From Octopus vulgaris (Eukaryota): 64,000 bases of DNA. A program made the translations under genes and the position numbers. Below are positions 29,122-44,624 of the stretch, in pieces (positions within the stretch are counted from its first letter, which is position 1; each line of letters begins with the position of its first letter). A model generated the notes under the pieces. That model did not search any database, was not told where the DNA came from, and saw only the letters and a program-made list of their open reading frames with translations. The stretch covers positions 75,950,001 to 76,014,000 of the forward strand of contig OX597823.1 of the NCBI GenBank assembly GCA_951406725.2. Direction: 5' to 3'.

Positions 29122-29372
29122 TGGAGGCGTGTGGCTTAGTGGTTCCGGTGTCCGTATCTTGATCGTAAGATTGTGGTTTCGATTCCTGGACCGGGCGACG
29201 CGTTGTGTACTTGAGCAAAACATTTCATTTCACATTGCTCCAATCCACTCATCTGGCAAAAATGAGTAACGCTGCGAGGGAGTGGCGTCCCATCCAGCTG
29301 GGGAACACATGCGCCATAGAAACCGGGAAACCGGGCCCATGAGTCTGAGTAGGCTTTAAAAGGGCGTATCTA
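29122..29372 (+). mobile_element. tRNA-derived SINE
   Basis: TGGCTTAGTGG and GGTTTCGATTCC boxes. The head is related to the SINE at 5440. Confidence 0.75.
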
Positions 29373-29410
29373 TTTTCATCTTTCATATGTATGTATATAT
29401 ATATATAAAT

Positions 29411-29513
<103 letters not shown>

Positions 29514-29661
29514 TATGCATATATATATATACATATATATAAACACACACATATACATACACGCACACACATATACACGCACACGCACGCAGATGCATAT
29601 ACATATATATATAGAGAGAGAAAGAGAGATAGAGAGAGAGAGAGAAATCGATAGATAGATA

Positions 29662-30440
29662 GATATGAACACATCCTCTCCAATGCCACATCCCGTGAGT
29701 ATCGTGGCCTCATTGGCATGCGGCAGTAGGTTTTTCACTACAAATCGCGTTCAGTTGCAGAACATTGGTGGCCCCAAATTCCTCAACAGCATCACTGGAG
29801 CTCCAGGTTTTAGACACAATGTATGAGGTAGTAGTGCGTAGGAGTTCAAGGAATTGAGGAATTTTGTTGGAAAATTGACAACCTCTTCTGTATCCACAAC
29901 AGTGTTAACGGCCGTTTATATAGGAAGACTTCAAGGAAAGCACTGCAACAAATCTGCATCGATTTTCACCACAGGAGCTAGCATGGCCCTACTGCGCAAC
30001 AACTTAGATTTTCGTAATTTGTCGGTAGATTGGGAAAAACAGCAGCTGGGAGAACTTCAGCGGTGCATACTTTTGAGACTGTCATCTCTCCAGCTGCATC
30101 CAAGAGTGCATTGCCGTCGACAGCTGTTAGACGTTCTTTGGAGAATTCGGCTAACAAGTGGCCGCCGAAGACCTGAGCTCTGTTGAATTAAGGGACACAA
30201 TTTTTACCTGTTGCCACATAGGAGAGGACTTAATGCAAGCCCCAAAAGCGTCCGCCCTATGCCTTTGGGAATAACTAGGAGGGTTTGCCTAAAATCACCA
30301 GATAGCAGGAGAGATACTCTTCCCTTGGATGGTGACAGTCTCTGATATCTAGCAGGCTCCTATCTAGGGCCTTAAGGGATACTTTATGGTCCATTGTGCA
30401 TTCCTCCCCCATAATGAGCTGAAGTGGGGGCATCATGGCC
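29662..30440 (-). pseudogene. Helitron PIF1-type helicase fragment
   Basis: Minus strand EECTMDHKVSLKALDRSL, LLSGDFRQTL, ACIKSSPMW, VNFPTKFLNSL, LKPGAPVMLLRNLGPPMFCN, EATILTGCGIGEDVFI. Helitron-like repeats continue to about 31150. Confidence 0.85.
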
Positions 30441-32030
30441 GTAGGTGATAATACCGGGGGATTAAGTAAACACTAATGTACACAGATCAAAAAGGTGGGG
30501 TGCGCATTTTATTGTGCTCACGCTCACATGACAAAGATCATGCTCCCAGTTCTCCCCGTTTTATCACACCATGAGCGGGGTTAGTTTAAAGAAAATTTGT
30601 GCTGAAATGGCTAGGGGGAACCATGACCGTAGGTAATAATAGAGAGTAGTTAAGTAAACAGTAATGTATACAGATCAAATCAGCGATGCAAAACTACCCC
30701 ACAATCATTGGCCCGTGATTAAATGGCAGGAGTTGTAACCCAGTTTAATCCAGTATTTGCAAATTTAATGCGAATATACTTGACAAAACAATAGTTTAAA
30801 AGAGTTAATTCTTGCTAAATTTGGAGCGAATCGGTTTTTGAACTGCTGAAATTATTGGCAAAAAACGAATTTTGCATAGCTATTCGCAGACTATCCCCAT
30901 TCAACGAAGATTGATTTGACAAAAACATAAGTTTAAATCAATTCGTAAAGCATAATTAATATTTGTGTTACATATTGAGCGAATCAGTTGGAAACTGCGG
31001 AAGTTATTGAGAAAAAAATTAATTTTTATGCTGATTTTTCACAACGCGGAGTATCTTGACAAAAATTTTAAGCAAGACAATGCTTCAGTCATGAGTAATG
31101 TTCGCGTCAAACTTGGAGGAAACCGATCGAAAAACCAGGGTGTTAAGGACAAAAGTAATTCTGTTTTATTTTCCGAAGAGTTATTCTGCCTAGGGTAGAA
31201 AAGAAAGTCGTGAATCTCTACACAACATTTCTCCTATCCACGTTAAGTGCTATAGATATTTAGACTGTTGTTGTCTCTCGAGGTGAAACCATCTAATAAC
31301 GACTATGTTCAGAAAGCTGGAATAATAGATGTCATTCAAAGAAAGAACATTGTGCAATAAATATTCATAGAACCAAGGTGTAGATTTTAAATGCTATTAC
31401 TCCAGGTTGCATATATGCGCAAGTTGAATAACTCACAAGTGAAAGTCCATGTTCAACTTCTTTGTATCCCAAGTTATAGCTGGTTAAAGTCTATTAGCTG
31501 TTGCGTGCCGCATGCAAGATCTAAGGTGGTCATGTTGTCGCAAGCTGCTGTTCGCGGTGACAAGAGAAAAGGAACAAAGACAAGAGAAAAGGTTCAAATC
31601 CCTGAACCTCAAAATTACATGCTGTTCCACCTAGTGTCGGGCTATTTAGACAGCTACCGTCAGTGGAAGTAAATGCGCCTACAGATACACAGGTGTTCAC
31701 ACTCTCATTCTAAGACGCACACATCTATACACATGTACACACACGCATGCGCACACATGTATGTGGATATATTGATATTTATCCGCACTTAAATATGTGG
31801 GTGTCTTGTTTGAATACAGAATACTGCAGTAGTTACCCTCAGGGAACCTCACATAGTGATCTTCGGTGCGTAAACACATGCTTATTTATGTCGCAATCTG
31901 GGAGATAAATTACGTGCCACCACCAACGCTGAGACTACAAGAACATGTGATTTCGTCCATGCCTACCTTCGTCAGTGTTGGACGCTCGGACAGCAACGTT
32001 TTATTCCTATAGCAATATATACAACCACAG

Positions 32031-32432
32031 TTGGACGGCAGCTGGCAGAAACGTTAGCGCGCCGGACGAAATGCTTAGCGTTATTTCGTCTGTCGTTACG
32101 TTCTGAGTTCAAATTCCCCCGAGGTCGACGTTGCCTTTCATTATTTCGTGGTCAATAAATTAACAACCAGTTACGCACTGGGGTCGATGTAATCGACTTA
32201 ATCCGTTTGTCTCTCCTTGTTTGTCCCCCTTTCTGTTTAGCCCTTTGTGGGTAGTAAAGAAATAGCTATTTCGTCTGTCTTTACGTTCTGAATTCAAATT
32301 ACCCCGAGGTTGACTTTGCCTTTCATCCTTTCGGGTTCGATATATCAAGTATCAGTTGCGTACAGAAGTCGATCTAATCGACTGGCTCCTGCTTCCCCAA
32401 AAATTTCGGGCCTTGTGCCTAGGGTAGAAAAG
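32031..32432 (+). mobile_element. Dimeric tRNA-derived SINE (family A, Meta-domain-like) with 17-bp TSD
   Basis: GAGTTCAAATTCC B box and GCCTTTCATCCTTTCGGG...AAGTACCAG core, each present twice. TSD AATATATACAACCACAG at 32014-32030 and 32433-32449. Confidence 0.88.
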
Positions 32433-33108
32433 AATATATACAACCACAGCGCTAGAACATCTCTTTTTATGCCTATCATATATTAAGACAAAGTGTGTGC
32501 TTCTGAGAATGCATGCTGCTCCTCTTTTTACCTAAAGAACGTGAGCAACTGCACTTAAGTTGGCGCGTTTCATGCAAAATCAGCTGCTATTGAACATTCT
32601 ATTAAATATCAAATCTTTCCAACGTTGTGATTCACACCAGTGACAATGAATTATCTTCAACATACACACACACACACACACACATATTTATGCTAATATG
32701 TATCCATGTATTCACGTGTGCAAGTATGTATTTGTGTATGCATACGTACGTGGATGTAGTTCACAATAAATAAATATCTGCATGGATAAATTACGAAGAA
32801 TGTTTGTGTATATTTATATATTTTCCTATACATTCATCGGATCTCCCAGTTTCTTCCACCTGCAATAAAATACTACTTCTGCCACAAATTCCACGCAATA
32901 AAATCTCCTTTTAGAAATCATTAGCTTCATTAATGTCAACACTGTCGATAAAAATCATTGAACATAATATCATCGTCATCGTTATCATACATGAGGATCA
33001 TCATGATCATCATGATCATAAACAGCGTCAGCATTATCTCCATAGCACCATCTTCTTACACGCTCTCACACGCACACACACACACATGCATGCTTATGCA
33101 TAGGTACA

Positions 33109-33178
<70 letters not shown>

Positions 33179-33665
33179 GGTATATATATGGATGTATATA
33201 GCTATGTATATGTGTGTGTGTGTTTATTGTTCGTTGTTTGCAAGAGCACCAATATTTTTAACATGCACATTTCCATTATCCATAATTCTAATCTCTCATC
33301 ACTTTCCATCAATGTTACTTCGATGTTGTATATCACGACGACCATCTACATCATCATCATCCTCACAATTATCATTCATCAGCCTAATTCATTTAACATG
33401 GTTGAATTTTCATTTTTAATCTTCTTCACGTTGCGCGTCCTCCCTCCTCTCTCTCATCATCGTCATCGTCATCCTCGTTTTTGCTTTGTTTAATAACATT
33501 TTGATTTATTTTATTATATTCTGTTGTTCATTTTTTTTTTGGCTTTTTTTTTAGATGAATAAATTTTATTTCATTTCCTTCAGCCTCACACTAATTCCAT
33601 TACTTCTTTCCCTTTGGGTATTTGTCTCTCCCCTATTTCTCTCTTTGCTTCTCTTTCTACATCTT

Positions 33666-33721
<56 letters not shown>

Positions 33722-34959
33722 CCATTAGTTTTGTCTTTCATCCCCCATTTCTCTTTCCGACTGCCTTTCATTCTCTCTTAGCTGGATTATACGTTTACAT
33801 TCTTTACACATATATCCATACACACAAATATACTCTCTCTCACTCCCTCTCTTCCCTCTTTGTAAATCCTGCGAATCTATTCATGAATTACGTTGGGATT
33901 GCTTATTATTCCAGTTCGCATATACTTATTCTCTGGTCTCTCTCTTAGATTTGAATGATTTCCCCCATACTTTGAGAATGATTTCATCATCTCTTTGGAT
34001 TGGAATTTCTATTCTCGTAGAATCCTTTGACAACAATATCCGGCAGTTTAATCGTGATGTCCTTTAATATGGACACTTTCGAACTCTCTATGAACTTATC
34101 TAGTTTATGTTTACTGTACAACAACACCTGCTGTCTTTTGGTAATGTTTTGGATGTAATCTTTCGGGTGTAAATTCGGGTAAATATAAAAGAAATGTGTT
34201 TCATTTTTTCTTGCTAAACTCATTATATCTTGCAGTTAAAGTGGCTTACTTCATTTTGGTTGTTTCTGGCCGAAAAAAATCTATGTTCTGCTTAAATGAA
34301 ATCTCAGTTACTAATCCTGAACTCCTCGGCGTACATCACTCCAGAGGTTAGACTTTTCAGAATGTATAATATTTCCGCAAATTTGTCTGTTATTTCAACT
34401 TTTTTTATGTATTTGTTGGATTTGTTGATTCCCCAAAGTAAACAATAAAACAATTAAACAATTGACAGAATATTAGAAAAAAATACTTTGCGGCTTTAAT
34501 GTGGTCCATCGTAAACAGAAGGATATGTGAAGCAGCAACAAAAATATAGTTACACGAAAACACTGCTTCAAATGTATCCCTGATCCCAAAGATGAAATAA
34601 AACTGAAAAACAGTTTACTGATACGAGATAACAAGACGAGCATCGAGGAAATGATCCCGGTTCTCACCCGTTGTACAAATAACAGAAGTATTAATATTTT
34701 ATGGTTGCGGGGCAATAAGAAGGAGAAAAATAGGAAGCGATTTCAAATACTTTGGCAGAACAAGCAAAAAGTAGCATTGAGTCAAGACTTCAGAGGATAA
34801 AAACAGCATGTACGTGGAGGGGATCATCTTACCAAGTGGTTATTGAAATCTCAGTTCATCTGCTATGATCCGATGGAGATACTGAAATAGTACAATAAGC
34901 TACGTGGCACCCATGTGGTTGGGTAACAAAGTTATTACAACACAGAGACGCCTGCTTCA

Positions 34960-36560
34960 AAAGCTACAGCTCTCTTACCAAAAAGGAAAGAGACCACATC
35001 ACCAAATTCCAACCAAAACCCAGTAACTTCTATGGCTTACCAAAAATACACAATTCAAAAGAAATTCAGCATGCAGTAAAGAAACACGAAGGTGAGTACA
35101 TAAAATTACTACATCCAAAATACCTATAACTCAGACCTACTTTAACTAGACCAGCATGCACTATCCACCGCCGAAGCAATTTTATTGACATCCTTTTGAA
35201 ACCATTTTGTACTCATATACCTAGTTTCATCTGGGATGACATCGACTTCCTATCGCAGCTTCTCACAACAACGGAATCGAATTCAATTTCACTTAGTTTT
35301 ATTCCATAGGATTTATAAATGAAAACAATGAAATACTGGGTGGAAAAACATAGCAAAGTGATTCCCAGTAGATTCATCGTGCTTTTTATATTAGACGCAG
35401 TCAAACTTATTCTTGAACATAACACATTTTTTTTCAATGGAATGAATTATATCCATTTTAGAGGCACAGTGATGGGAACGAGATTTGAGCCCATTTATGG
35501 AACTCCGTAATCGGATACTTAGAAAAACAACTCTGTTAATAAACAGGGGGAAAAACTACGGCATTGAATTTAGAATGTATATTGAAGATGCATGGAAGAT
35601 ATACCTTGACAATTGCTTCATAATCAAGACAAAATCTCTATATGCTCTGGAAGAATTTAATATCCTCCTGAACAATTGGCATCCAACTCTCCAATTTACA
35701 AAGGAGATTAATAGTACTAAATTACTATTTCTACACATAATATATGCAATAACGCAAACACGCATCAATATCTTAACTTTACACCGGGCCATGCCACACA
35801 TACAAGATGCAATACCCCATATTTCTTTGCCAGAAAAAGTTGTACCATTGCAGAAGATGTAAATACCAGAGACAAACGCCTGACATAACTCAAACAATTT
35901 CTAGTCACAAAAATATAATCGCTTCTAATTATAGAAAATTGTATAGAGCGTGCTATAGAAATAGCAATGCAACAACTTAGGGCAACCCCACTAAATAAGA
36001 AAAAGCAAGAACAGGTCATACTATTTATAGTGACTCACAATCCGTGTCACCGCATTATGTATAGCATCCCCAAATCAACCTTGGCGATCATTGCTCAAAG
36101 TAATGAATTAAAGGACTTTATAATGGCTCGAGCTATGATTCGGAGTAAAAGATAACCGAAAAACTTGAAACAATTATTACTAAAGACAAAATCTTACGTA
36201 AGTGACAATGACAAATCATACATTGCACCGGAATGCTATGATAATCCATGTGGTACATGTCAGATCATATATACCATTCAAAATCTGAATACAAAATCCT
36301 GAAGATTATTTGCAAATTAAGATATGGACTGTATAAGCAGAAATTTAATTACAGAAATGTGAAGAGATATACATTGGACAGAGTGGGAATGCATTATCGG
36401 AACTTTCACGTTTGTACCGACTGTAGATTTGAGACCCTGATGTCCGTCAGATACCTTTAAGCAGTTATCTGGCAAGATATGGTAAGAAAAAGTTTATAAT
36501 ATTCACATTCTACGAATTCTACAAGCTACAGATTACAAAACTCAAGTGAAATTGCGAGAG
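34960..36560 (+). pseudogene. Decayed Penelope-like element RT + GIY-YIG
   Basis: Fragments in shifting frames: NFYGLPKIH, IDILLKPF..HIPSFIWDDIDFL, LILEHNTFFFNGMNYIHFRGTVMGTRF, WKIYLDNCFII, HPTLQFTKE, CGTC, YIGQSG. Many stops and frameshifts. Confidence 0.8.
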
Positions 36561-36745
36561 AAGTCAGGGAATGGGTTACATAGATCCAATGATTACGTAA
36601 CGCATTAAAGCAATAGTTTATTTCAATACTGAACAATTGCAAAATTGTAAACATTGCAAAAAATAAAACTCCAATGTCAAACTAAATTGGAATTTCATTG
36701 ATTAATATGTTGTTGCATACACAATGAACCAAACTCGGATATATA

Positions 36746-36862
<117 letters not shown>

Positions 36863-37404
36863 TAAATTATGAATGTATATATATATATACATGAATACAT
36901 ATAATATATATGCGCGCGTGTGTGCGTGCGTGTGCATTGATGAATAAATATATACATGTATATATATTTATAAAAGTATATGTATGAGCCTGTAATGAGT
37001 TTGTATTTATGCACATCACTAAATGGCACAGTACCCCGGTTTTTGGGGCTTTTTTTTTTGTTTACAGTGAACCAGTGAATTGCGCAAACAGTCGTTGAAC
37101 GACAACGGGAATGTCATAAGAGGAAAATGCCTTTCTTGTTTGTTTGCAATGTCTGCCTTTAGAGCATATGCTACTGAGTAGGAGGAAAACACTCCGAAGT
37201 GCATGCATCCAACTCTCTGGCTAGGGAATTCTGCAGGCTAACTCCACGTGTGTACACCTATGTGTCTACTGCGGGAAATTTTCTCTATGACAAAATACAG
37301 GGCATTGCTCTCTTACGGAATCGAATATACCTTAAGCATATTTGAACTGGTAACAAGGCTTTATTTATAAACATTACTGCATAGCACTGTAATCCCGTAT
37401 GTAT

Positions 37405-37462
<58 letters not shown>

Positions 37463-39505
37463 TTACTCTTTTACTCTTTTACACATTTCAGTCATTTGAC
37501 TGCAGCCATGATGGAGCACTGCTTTTAGTCGAAGAAATCGACCCCGAGGCATTTTCTTTGTGGGCCTATTATCGTATCCTTTTCTTTTGCGGAACTGCTA
37601 AGTATTAGGGTTATATACACATATACACACCAACATCGGTTGTGAAGTGCTGGTAGGGAAGGGGACAAACGTAGACACAAAAACATACATACACACACAC
37701 ATTAATATACATATATATATATACACACACGCACGCACACACATACATATATGCATATACGGGCATGTCTACATGTACTTAGCTGTATATTTATGTATGT
37801 ATTTACGTATTTTTCTATCTCCATATTCTAACGCGTAAATGTTTGGTTGCGTAAGTGAAAAAAAAATGAAAGAAAGAATTAAAAGAAGGAACTCATGATG
37901 TGAACAAAACTGTGATAACATCATCTGGGTCATCATTAATATCATAAAATGAATAAAAAGAAAAATATTTTATTATTGTTATTATTATCATTATTATTGT
38001 TGGTAAATATTGTTGTTGATGTTGTTATTGCCGTTTCTCTTTTTTTTCTTTGCTGTTGCTGTTCTTGTCGTTATCGTTCGATGAAATTTTATGAAACGAT
38101 GTCTAAAATCTATGAAAACTGACAAGACAAAGTTTTATTTCAAGCAAAACATTGAAATATGATCATAATGTTATTCTGCTGACAAGACAAAACGGTGATT
38201 CACTTTTTAATGTAAAAAAATATCTCCATTTCTCTCACTTTCTGTCTCTCTCACTCGCTCTCTTTCTCATACACACACACACACACACACGCTCGCCACA
38301 TACACAAATACACTCAGATACATACACTCAAACACACGGTCAGAGGCAGTACTTATACACACAAACACAGCGTCACAAAATATCCAAAATACAAATAAAA
38401 AGAACTTTTAAATCCACTTAGAATTCTTTTTGAAATACATTTATTTCCACATACATAGACTCACACACACACAAACACAGTTACATTAATGTTTCTTCTG
38501 AAATACGTATACACATACATATAGAGTAGGTGATGTTTATACATATTCAAAATATACATCTGTACGTATATCCATGCATACAGAGGTTGAAATATGTACA
38601 TACATTTACAAGCAATATAAGTATACAAACTATTAATCCACTTTTACCAGTCTCATGTATGAGAGCGTGCTCTGTCTGGTGCCCTGTTTGGTATAATATT
38701 GTCAAATATATGAACTCTAGATCTTATTCCATCAACATTTATCCAGTACCTAATATCATTATATTTGTCGCAGCTTTCATCTTGTATTCGAAGGCGAGTA
38801 GAAAAATCTCCATAAACAGGAACTGCACATTTCGATTTCCGTGAACTTGTTTAATTTTATTGGAGAAATTTTTGCTGACGTCATTTCTCAGTTACCGGTT
38901 CTTGTTTTGAAAATTTATTTTAGTGGTGAAAAAATAAAGCGTCCGGGTTCAAAATGTGTCAGAGAAATTCTATGCATTTTATTGATTTCGGAACTAGGAT
39001 ATATTAACTTTAACTGAAACAAGATTTTTGTTCACAATGAAAACTCCCATAATCAAACAACAAAATGTAATACGTTTTGCGCAATGCTAGCTCTACCGTC
39101 TATCGACCTTATAAATGAGAGACTTGGATAATCTGAATATCCTTACAATAAAATCTCAAAGCAAGAAGTGCAAATAAAGTTCGCTAATATGAGGAATATA
39201 AAACTTGAAAAGGTACATATTTTCCTGATCCGGCTTATCCTTTATGACACGTGTCTTGTTACCTGTAATATTCGTCATCAGAAATAGGGGAAACTGTCAA
39301 GTTGTCGATGCAGATGCTGCCTGTGTTACTTACATGTGGCCCCTCTATTCACCAGCGTATAGCAACGTTTTTCTTAACCAAACTACAACCCTATATTTTT
39401 TGAGAAAGTTGAAACCAGGTCAAGGTTTTTGCTATCGCATGCATATACGTGGCATTCATTTTCCTGCATGTATGTATAGATAGATAAATAGATATACATA
39501 TAGAT

Positions 39506-39546
<41 letters not shown>

Positions 39547-39549
<3 letters not shown>

Positions 39550-40113
39550 TTGCGTCGGAAATTAATTAGCACTTCTCAAATTTCTACATTTTCTTACATG
39601 TTCTTAATTTAATTAACTTATTATCAGAAATGAACTCGATTTTAATCAAAAATTTATTAAAACATATCTCAGCACACCACATAATTGTTATTAATCGTGA
39701 AATTTAGTCAATATCTTGTTGCTCATCCTTTGGCAGCAATGACAGCTGCTACGCGGGTCGGCATGCTGTCTATGAGTGCCTGCAGGTACTGTGCAGGCAT
39801 GGCCCTTCATGCAGCAAGAAGTGCCCCAAACAGCTCGTGTCGGTTCCTGTATTGCTGCACATTCAAATCCCTACCCAATCGACTCCAGAGGTTCTCAATA
39901 GGGTTCAGGTCAGGTGACTGGCCAGCACGTACTCCTCGCCACCAAAGAGGCATCCCGTACTATCTCAATGTACTTTGCTCCGTTGATGTTGCCTTCGACG
40001 GCATAGAGCCGCCCAACACCACTGTAGCTGAACGCCCCTCACACCATCAGACCACCCCCACCATGCGTCATGGTGAGCAAATCAAGGGTGCTAATTAATT
40101 TCTGACGGTAGTG
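39547..40113 (-). mobile_element. Internally deleted Tc1-like transposon with both TIRs
   Basis: TIRs CACTTGCGTCGGAAATTAATTAGCAC and GTGCTAATTAATTTCTGACGGTAGTG, with TA on each side. Minus strand QSPDLNPIENLW...LIDSMPTRVAAVIAAKG.ATRY. Confidence 0.9.
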
Positions 40114-40124
40114 TAGATAGATAG

Positions 40125-40161
<37 letters not shown>

Positions 40162-40167
40162 ACAGTG

Positions 40168-40205
<38 letters not shown>

Positions 40206-40206
<1 letters not shown>

Positions 40207-41700
40207 TAGCTGACGTACCCGTTCTCATAACTGTTTTGCTAATCAAATAACAACAATACAAAGTAAGTAGCCCTTAAAATGGTATGTGAGTATTTACAGA
40301 GAATACCAAACTGTCTTACATAATATCTTGTTTTTAGGAAAACCCAATAAGTTGTGAATACCCAAATCAAAAAATCAGTTACGTAAAAACATGAAATTAG
40401 TTCGCCGATAGTAATAATTGAAATGAAGTAGCCCCGAAAAGGAAATTAATGCATTCCCAGAGTATATAGAACATAGGAGGAAATGCCAATAAGGTATATA
40501 TACGAAAATCGTGAGGCATGTGTACGTAATAACAGGCTAATTGGATACGAGAGAATAACAATTCAACATAAATAAGTCTTAAAAAATCGCTTTTGTGCTC
40601 TCCCAGAGAATATTACCCCCAGGGACGCTAGTGTTTTACAATGACTGTAGATTTTACAATGACTACAGATTTACAATGACTGTAGAAACTAACTGCCATT
40701 TTGTTTTACCGTAGACATACAAATAAATTTGTATATAAATTTAAAATTTAAATAACATGTAGATTATCACTACATTTAGAACACTTACAAATATTACAGT
40801 TAAATAATAAATACCTGATGATTTGATGAATCTTATTAAATTTGGAGAGCGTCTTGATACACAACGTTTTTGGTGTTTCCTTGTGGGTATAAATAAACAA
40901 CTGATTAGGATTGCCGCCTCTTGATAATCTCACATAGAATTGGCCATGGAAGAAAAATGGTTCCGCAACGCTCAGACCTACCATATCCAAGAACTGTTCC
41001 CAGGCTTTGTTAATGTTCAATGCAAAAACTCAGTTTCAACGGAAATTACAGGCACGTGTACTGGGAAGGCATATCCGAGGGAATAAGTGGAATTCTAGGA
41101 ATGAATACAGGCTCAGCACTTTCTTTACAAGTCAAAATTGTTCTCTCCAAGACTGTTGACATCACCTATTGCAAAGCTCTGGTGGATCGAGGTTTGCAAA
41201 GCAGCATAACTAGTGCCTCAATCTTGAGGTGGAAGGTGTGAGTTGAGAGACCGAGTGGTGTTAAACTATTCAAGAATTCAACTGCATAATTCACAGATTC
41301 ATCGATGTTGAGTACAGTTTCAATAGAATTGTACATATGACGCTCATTTAGCAACCGTTCCAGACGTTTGATGTTCAAATCATCAACTGCCACATACCTT
41401 GGAGATAATATGGCACGGAATTTCAGCTAGTAGTGATGTGTAAACGGATTCCTCGGCTTAGGAAACACCTTATTCGTTAATTCCTTTAAATCAGATACCA
41501 TATGTCCAAAAGCCAACCTTACTCGACCATCCATCTCGCCAACCGAAGTGCTATTACCAACGTCCAGTAGTTGCTTTGAAAAGATTCTGTCTGCATCATC
41601 ACCATTGAATTGCAGTCTCATGTTGTTTGTGAGATTCTCTACACATCTCTCTATGTGTTCGCGACATGGCATCTCTTTATACATTGAGAAACGGATCTGT
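40206..41700 (-). mobile_element. Helitron 3' part with decayed helicase
   Basis: LTNNMRL...FSKQLLDVGN, VNYAVEFLNSLTPLG...HLKI, VFIPRIPLIPSDMP, INKA..Q....VGL....PFFFHGQFYVRLSR. CTAG terminus at 40206 within (TA)n. Confidence 0.85.
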
Positions 41701-42314
41701 TTTTTTATGGAGTATAGTTCTCAAGTGACATCCTTATTTGGCCTACATAGTTATGTCCAAAACCTGAACGAGTTACATTTTGGGGATGACAACTGAAATT
41801 GGTCTTAATTGTGAATTTCTGCCTTTGTTTGAAGTGGAATTCTGAATCTTCCAATACGTTGAGGCGGAGAAAAAAACTGACAGAGATAAAGTGAAACTAG
41901 GCAATACATTTCCAATCCTTTTCTGAACACACATATAAAGCATCTTGGTCTTCAAAGATTGTGAGACAAATCTAAATACGCAATCACGAAATTACTGTTT
42001 CTAGAAGTATTCGCGAACAGAATGATTCTGTGTTGATGTTTTAAGTCTTTAATTGTCTTCTAGTACCACCAAGAGTTAATCAGTATCTGTTTGACAAATT
42101 CGTAGTCAATAGCTCTGTAGGATTTGCTTCTCTCTCTCTCCTACTATCTCTCCCCTCTTTCCCCTCTCTCCCCCTTTCTATCGCTCTCCCCTATTTCACT
42201 CTCACTATCTTTCTCTCCTCTGTCTCCCTCTTTATTTTTCCCTACCTGTATCCTCTTCTTGCCGTATACACCTACACACGCATATATATATACACAGGTG
42301 TATGTGTATGCCTA

Positions 42315-42315
42315 A

Positions 42316-42349
<34 letters not shown>

Positions 42350-42445
42350 GTGTGAGTGTGAGTTTATGTAAGTTATAGATGTGTATATATTCATGTATGT
42401 TTATACATACATATCTATCTATCAAACTATATATATGTGTATATA

Positions 42446-42484
<39 letters not shown>

Positions 42485-42489
42485 ATATA

Positions 42490-42546
<57 letters not shown>

Positions 42547-42551
42547 ATATA

Positions 42552-42610
<59 letters not shown>

Positions 42611-42642
42611 ATATGTATGTATGTATATATATATACATATAT
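42315..42642. repeat. Long interrupted (TA)n microsatellite, one of many in the window
   Basis: Direct inspection. Confidence 0.95.
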
Positions 42643-42764
42643 GGGTATAGGACATTCTTTATGCTACTTGTCCTGTTTTCCATTGGTTTATCTCGCTGTT
42701 TGCGTATTGAAGTCATTTGTTTTCGTATTTCATGTTTATTTAATCTTGGTGACGTCCTGTACCC
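42643..42764. mobile_element. Small MITE-like element in (TA)n
   Basis: Terminal inverted repeats GGGTATAGGAC and GTCCTGTACCC. Confidence 0.55.
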
Positions 42765-43084
42765 TTACACGCATATTTGTATATGCATATATATATACAT
42801 ATCATGTCAGTGACATCTATTTCTCAAATTGCTGCTCAATCTAATTATGCCGAGGAAAATATTGATCGATGTAAGTAGAGGTGAATGATATTTACCCACT
42901 GATGCTTGTTATATGCTTCCAGGCGTCTCTCATTCCCGATCTGGAGGAAAATGATGTTATCGTGTTAGATAATTTCTGATATAAATAGATTGCGTTCATT
43001 TCGTTTAAGTTGGAAGCTATTAATAGTTCCGCATAATGCACATATAACAATGATAGACAGATATATATATATATATATATATAT

Positions 43085-43148
<64 letters not shown>

Positions 43149-44248
43149 CTAGATAGATTGATAGATAGATAGTTAGAGATATGTATGCATCCATGTATAT
43201 ATCTGTACATGTATTCACGCGCACAAACACGCAAACAGGCACACTGACACACATAAGAACGCTGAAAATAATAGTATGGCAAACGAATTTTTCAGAATTA
43301 TGCGACTAGATCTTTAAAGTGTTAAAAATGAAGTTGTAAGAGAGATAACGAGTAAAACATCCTCATATTAGCCCTGTAAAGACATGGTATTGTTGAAAGT
43401 AGCTCTTATACATATGTACTTACAATGAAAATTAAATAGGTTTGGCGCGGTGGCTGGCTTAAGTGAGTGATGAAATAAAAACAAAGAAAGAAGATAACAT
43501 GTGTGAGGAGTGAAGGTGAAATGATAAACATAAATTAAAGAAAAATATACGAAAAGAAGCTTATGATATGGGCCAACATAGCAACACAAATCTTTTATGT
43601 TATTTTCCTGCAATTACCTAAGTATTTTAAAATTTTGCATCAACCAAAAATGTGTACGAATGCAAAATAAATACGTGAGAAATAACTTGACATATGGGTG
43701 TTTCCACGGTTATCTTCTTTAAGTGTTATTGGAAATAATCCATAAACAAAACGCATGTTCTTGTTTTTTTCTTAAGATATATCATGAATATATAATGCGA
43801 AACTGATGTTTCGCTTTGCAAAGTAATGTAATAATTACAATGTTTATGTGTAAAATATATTTATTACTTCGGAGAATTGACCGTGATGTTTGAACCGCCT
43901 GCAATGTGTTCTACGAATAAAAAGTTTTATTCAACAGTAAATTTTAATTTACATATCATAGAAATAAGTTCGCGTATGTGGGCATAGATATATACAAAAT
44001 TTAAAAGACTGACCACTAAAAGCGGACAGCCTTTATGCTAGATATAGATGTCAAAATCGCCATTTCCCACGAAGAATATGTTCTCAAGAAAAAATCTCAG
44101 CAAAAATCCAAAGTGTAAAAATAAGCAAGACAAATGAAAATATATAGTCCTCTACATTTTGTATGCCCAAAACATTTTTAATCTAGGAATTAAAAAAAAA
44201 ATATGCTAGGCCACTGGTTTTAATTGATTAATATATTGATTATTCAAT

Positions 44249-44335
<87 letters not shown>

Positions 44336-44559
44336 ATGTACGTACATGTGGGTATATATGCGAAATGGTTTTGGGTAAGAGAAAATACGGGCGGATCCGT
44401 TAATTATGATTTTATTCAACACATACCCTCTCAGATTCACACACATATTGCAGCGATCCTTCCATTTTTCTACACCCTGTAAAAGAACTCAGATGCTTGA
44501 GCCTGCAACCAGGCCTTTCACAATACCCTTTAAAACCAGGAACTTTCCAGCACCTTCTT

Positions 44560-44624
<65 letters not shown>

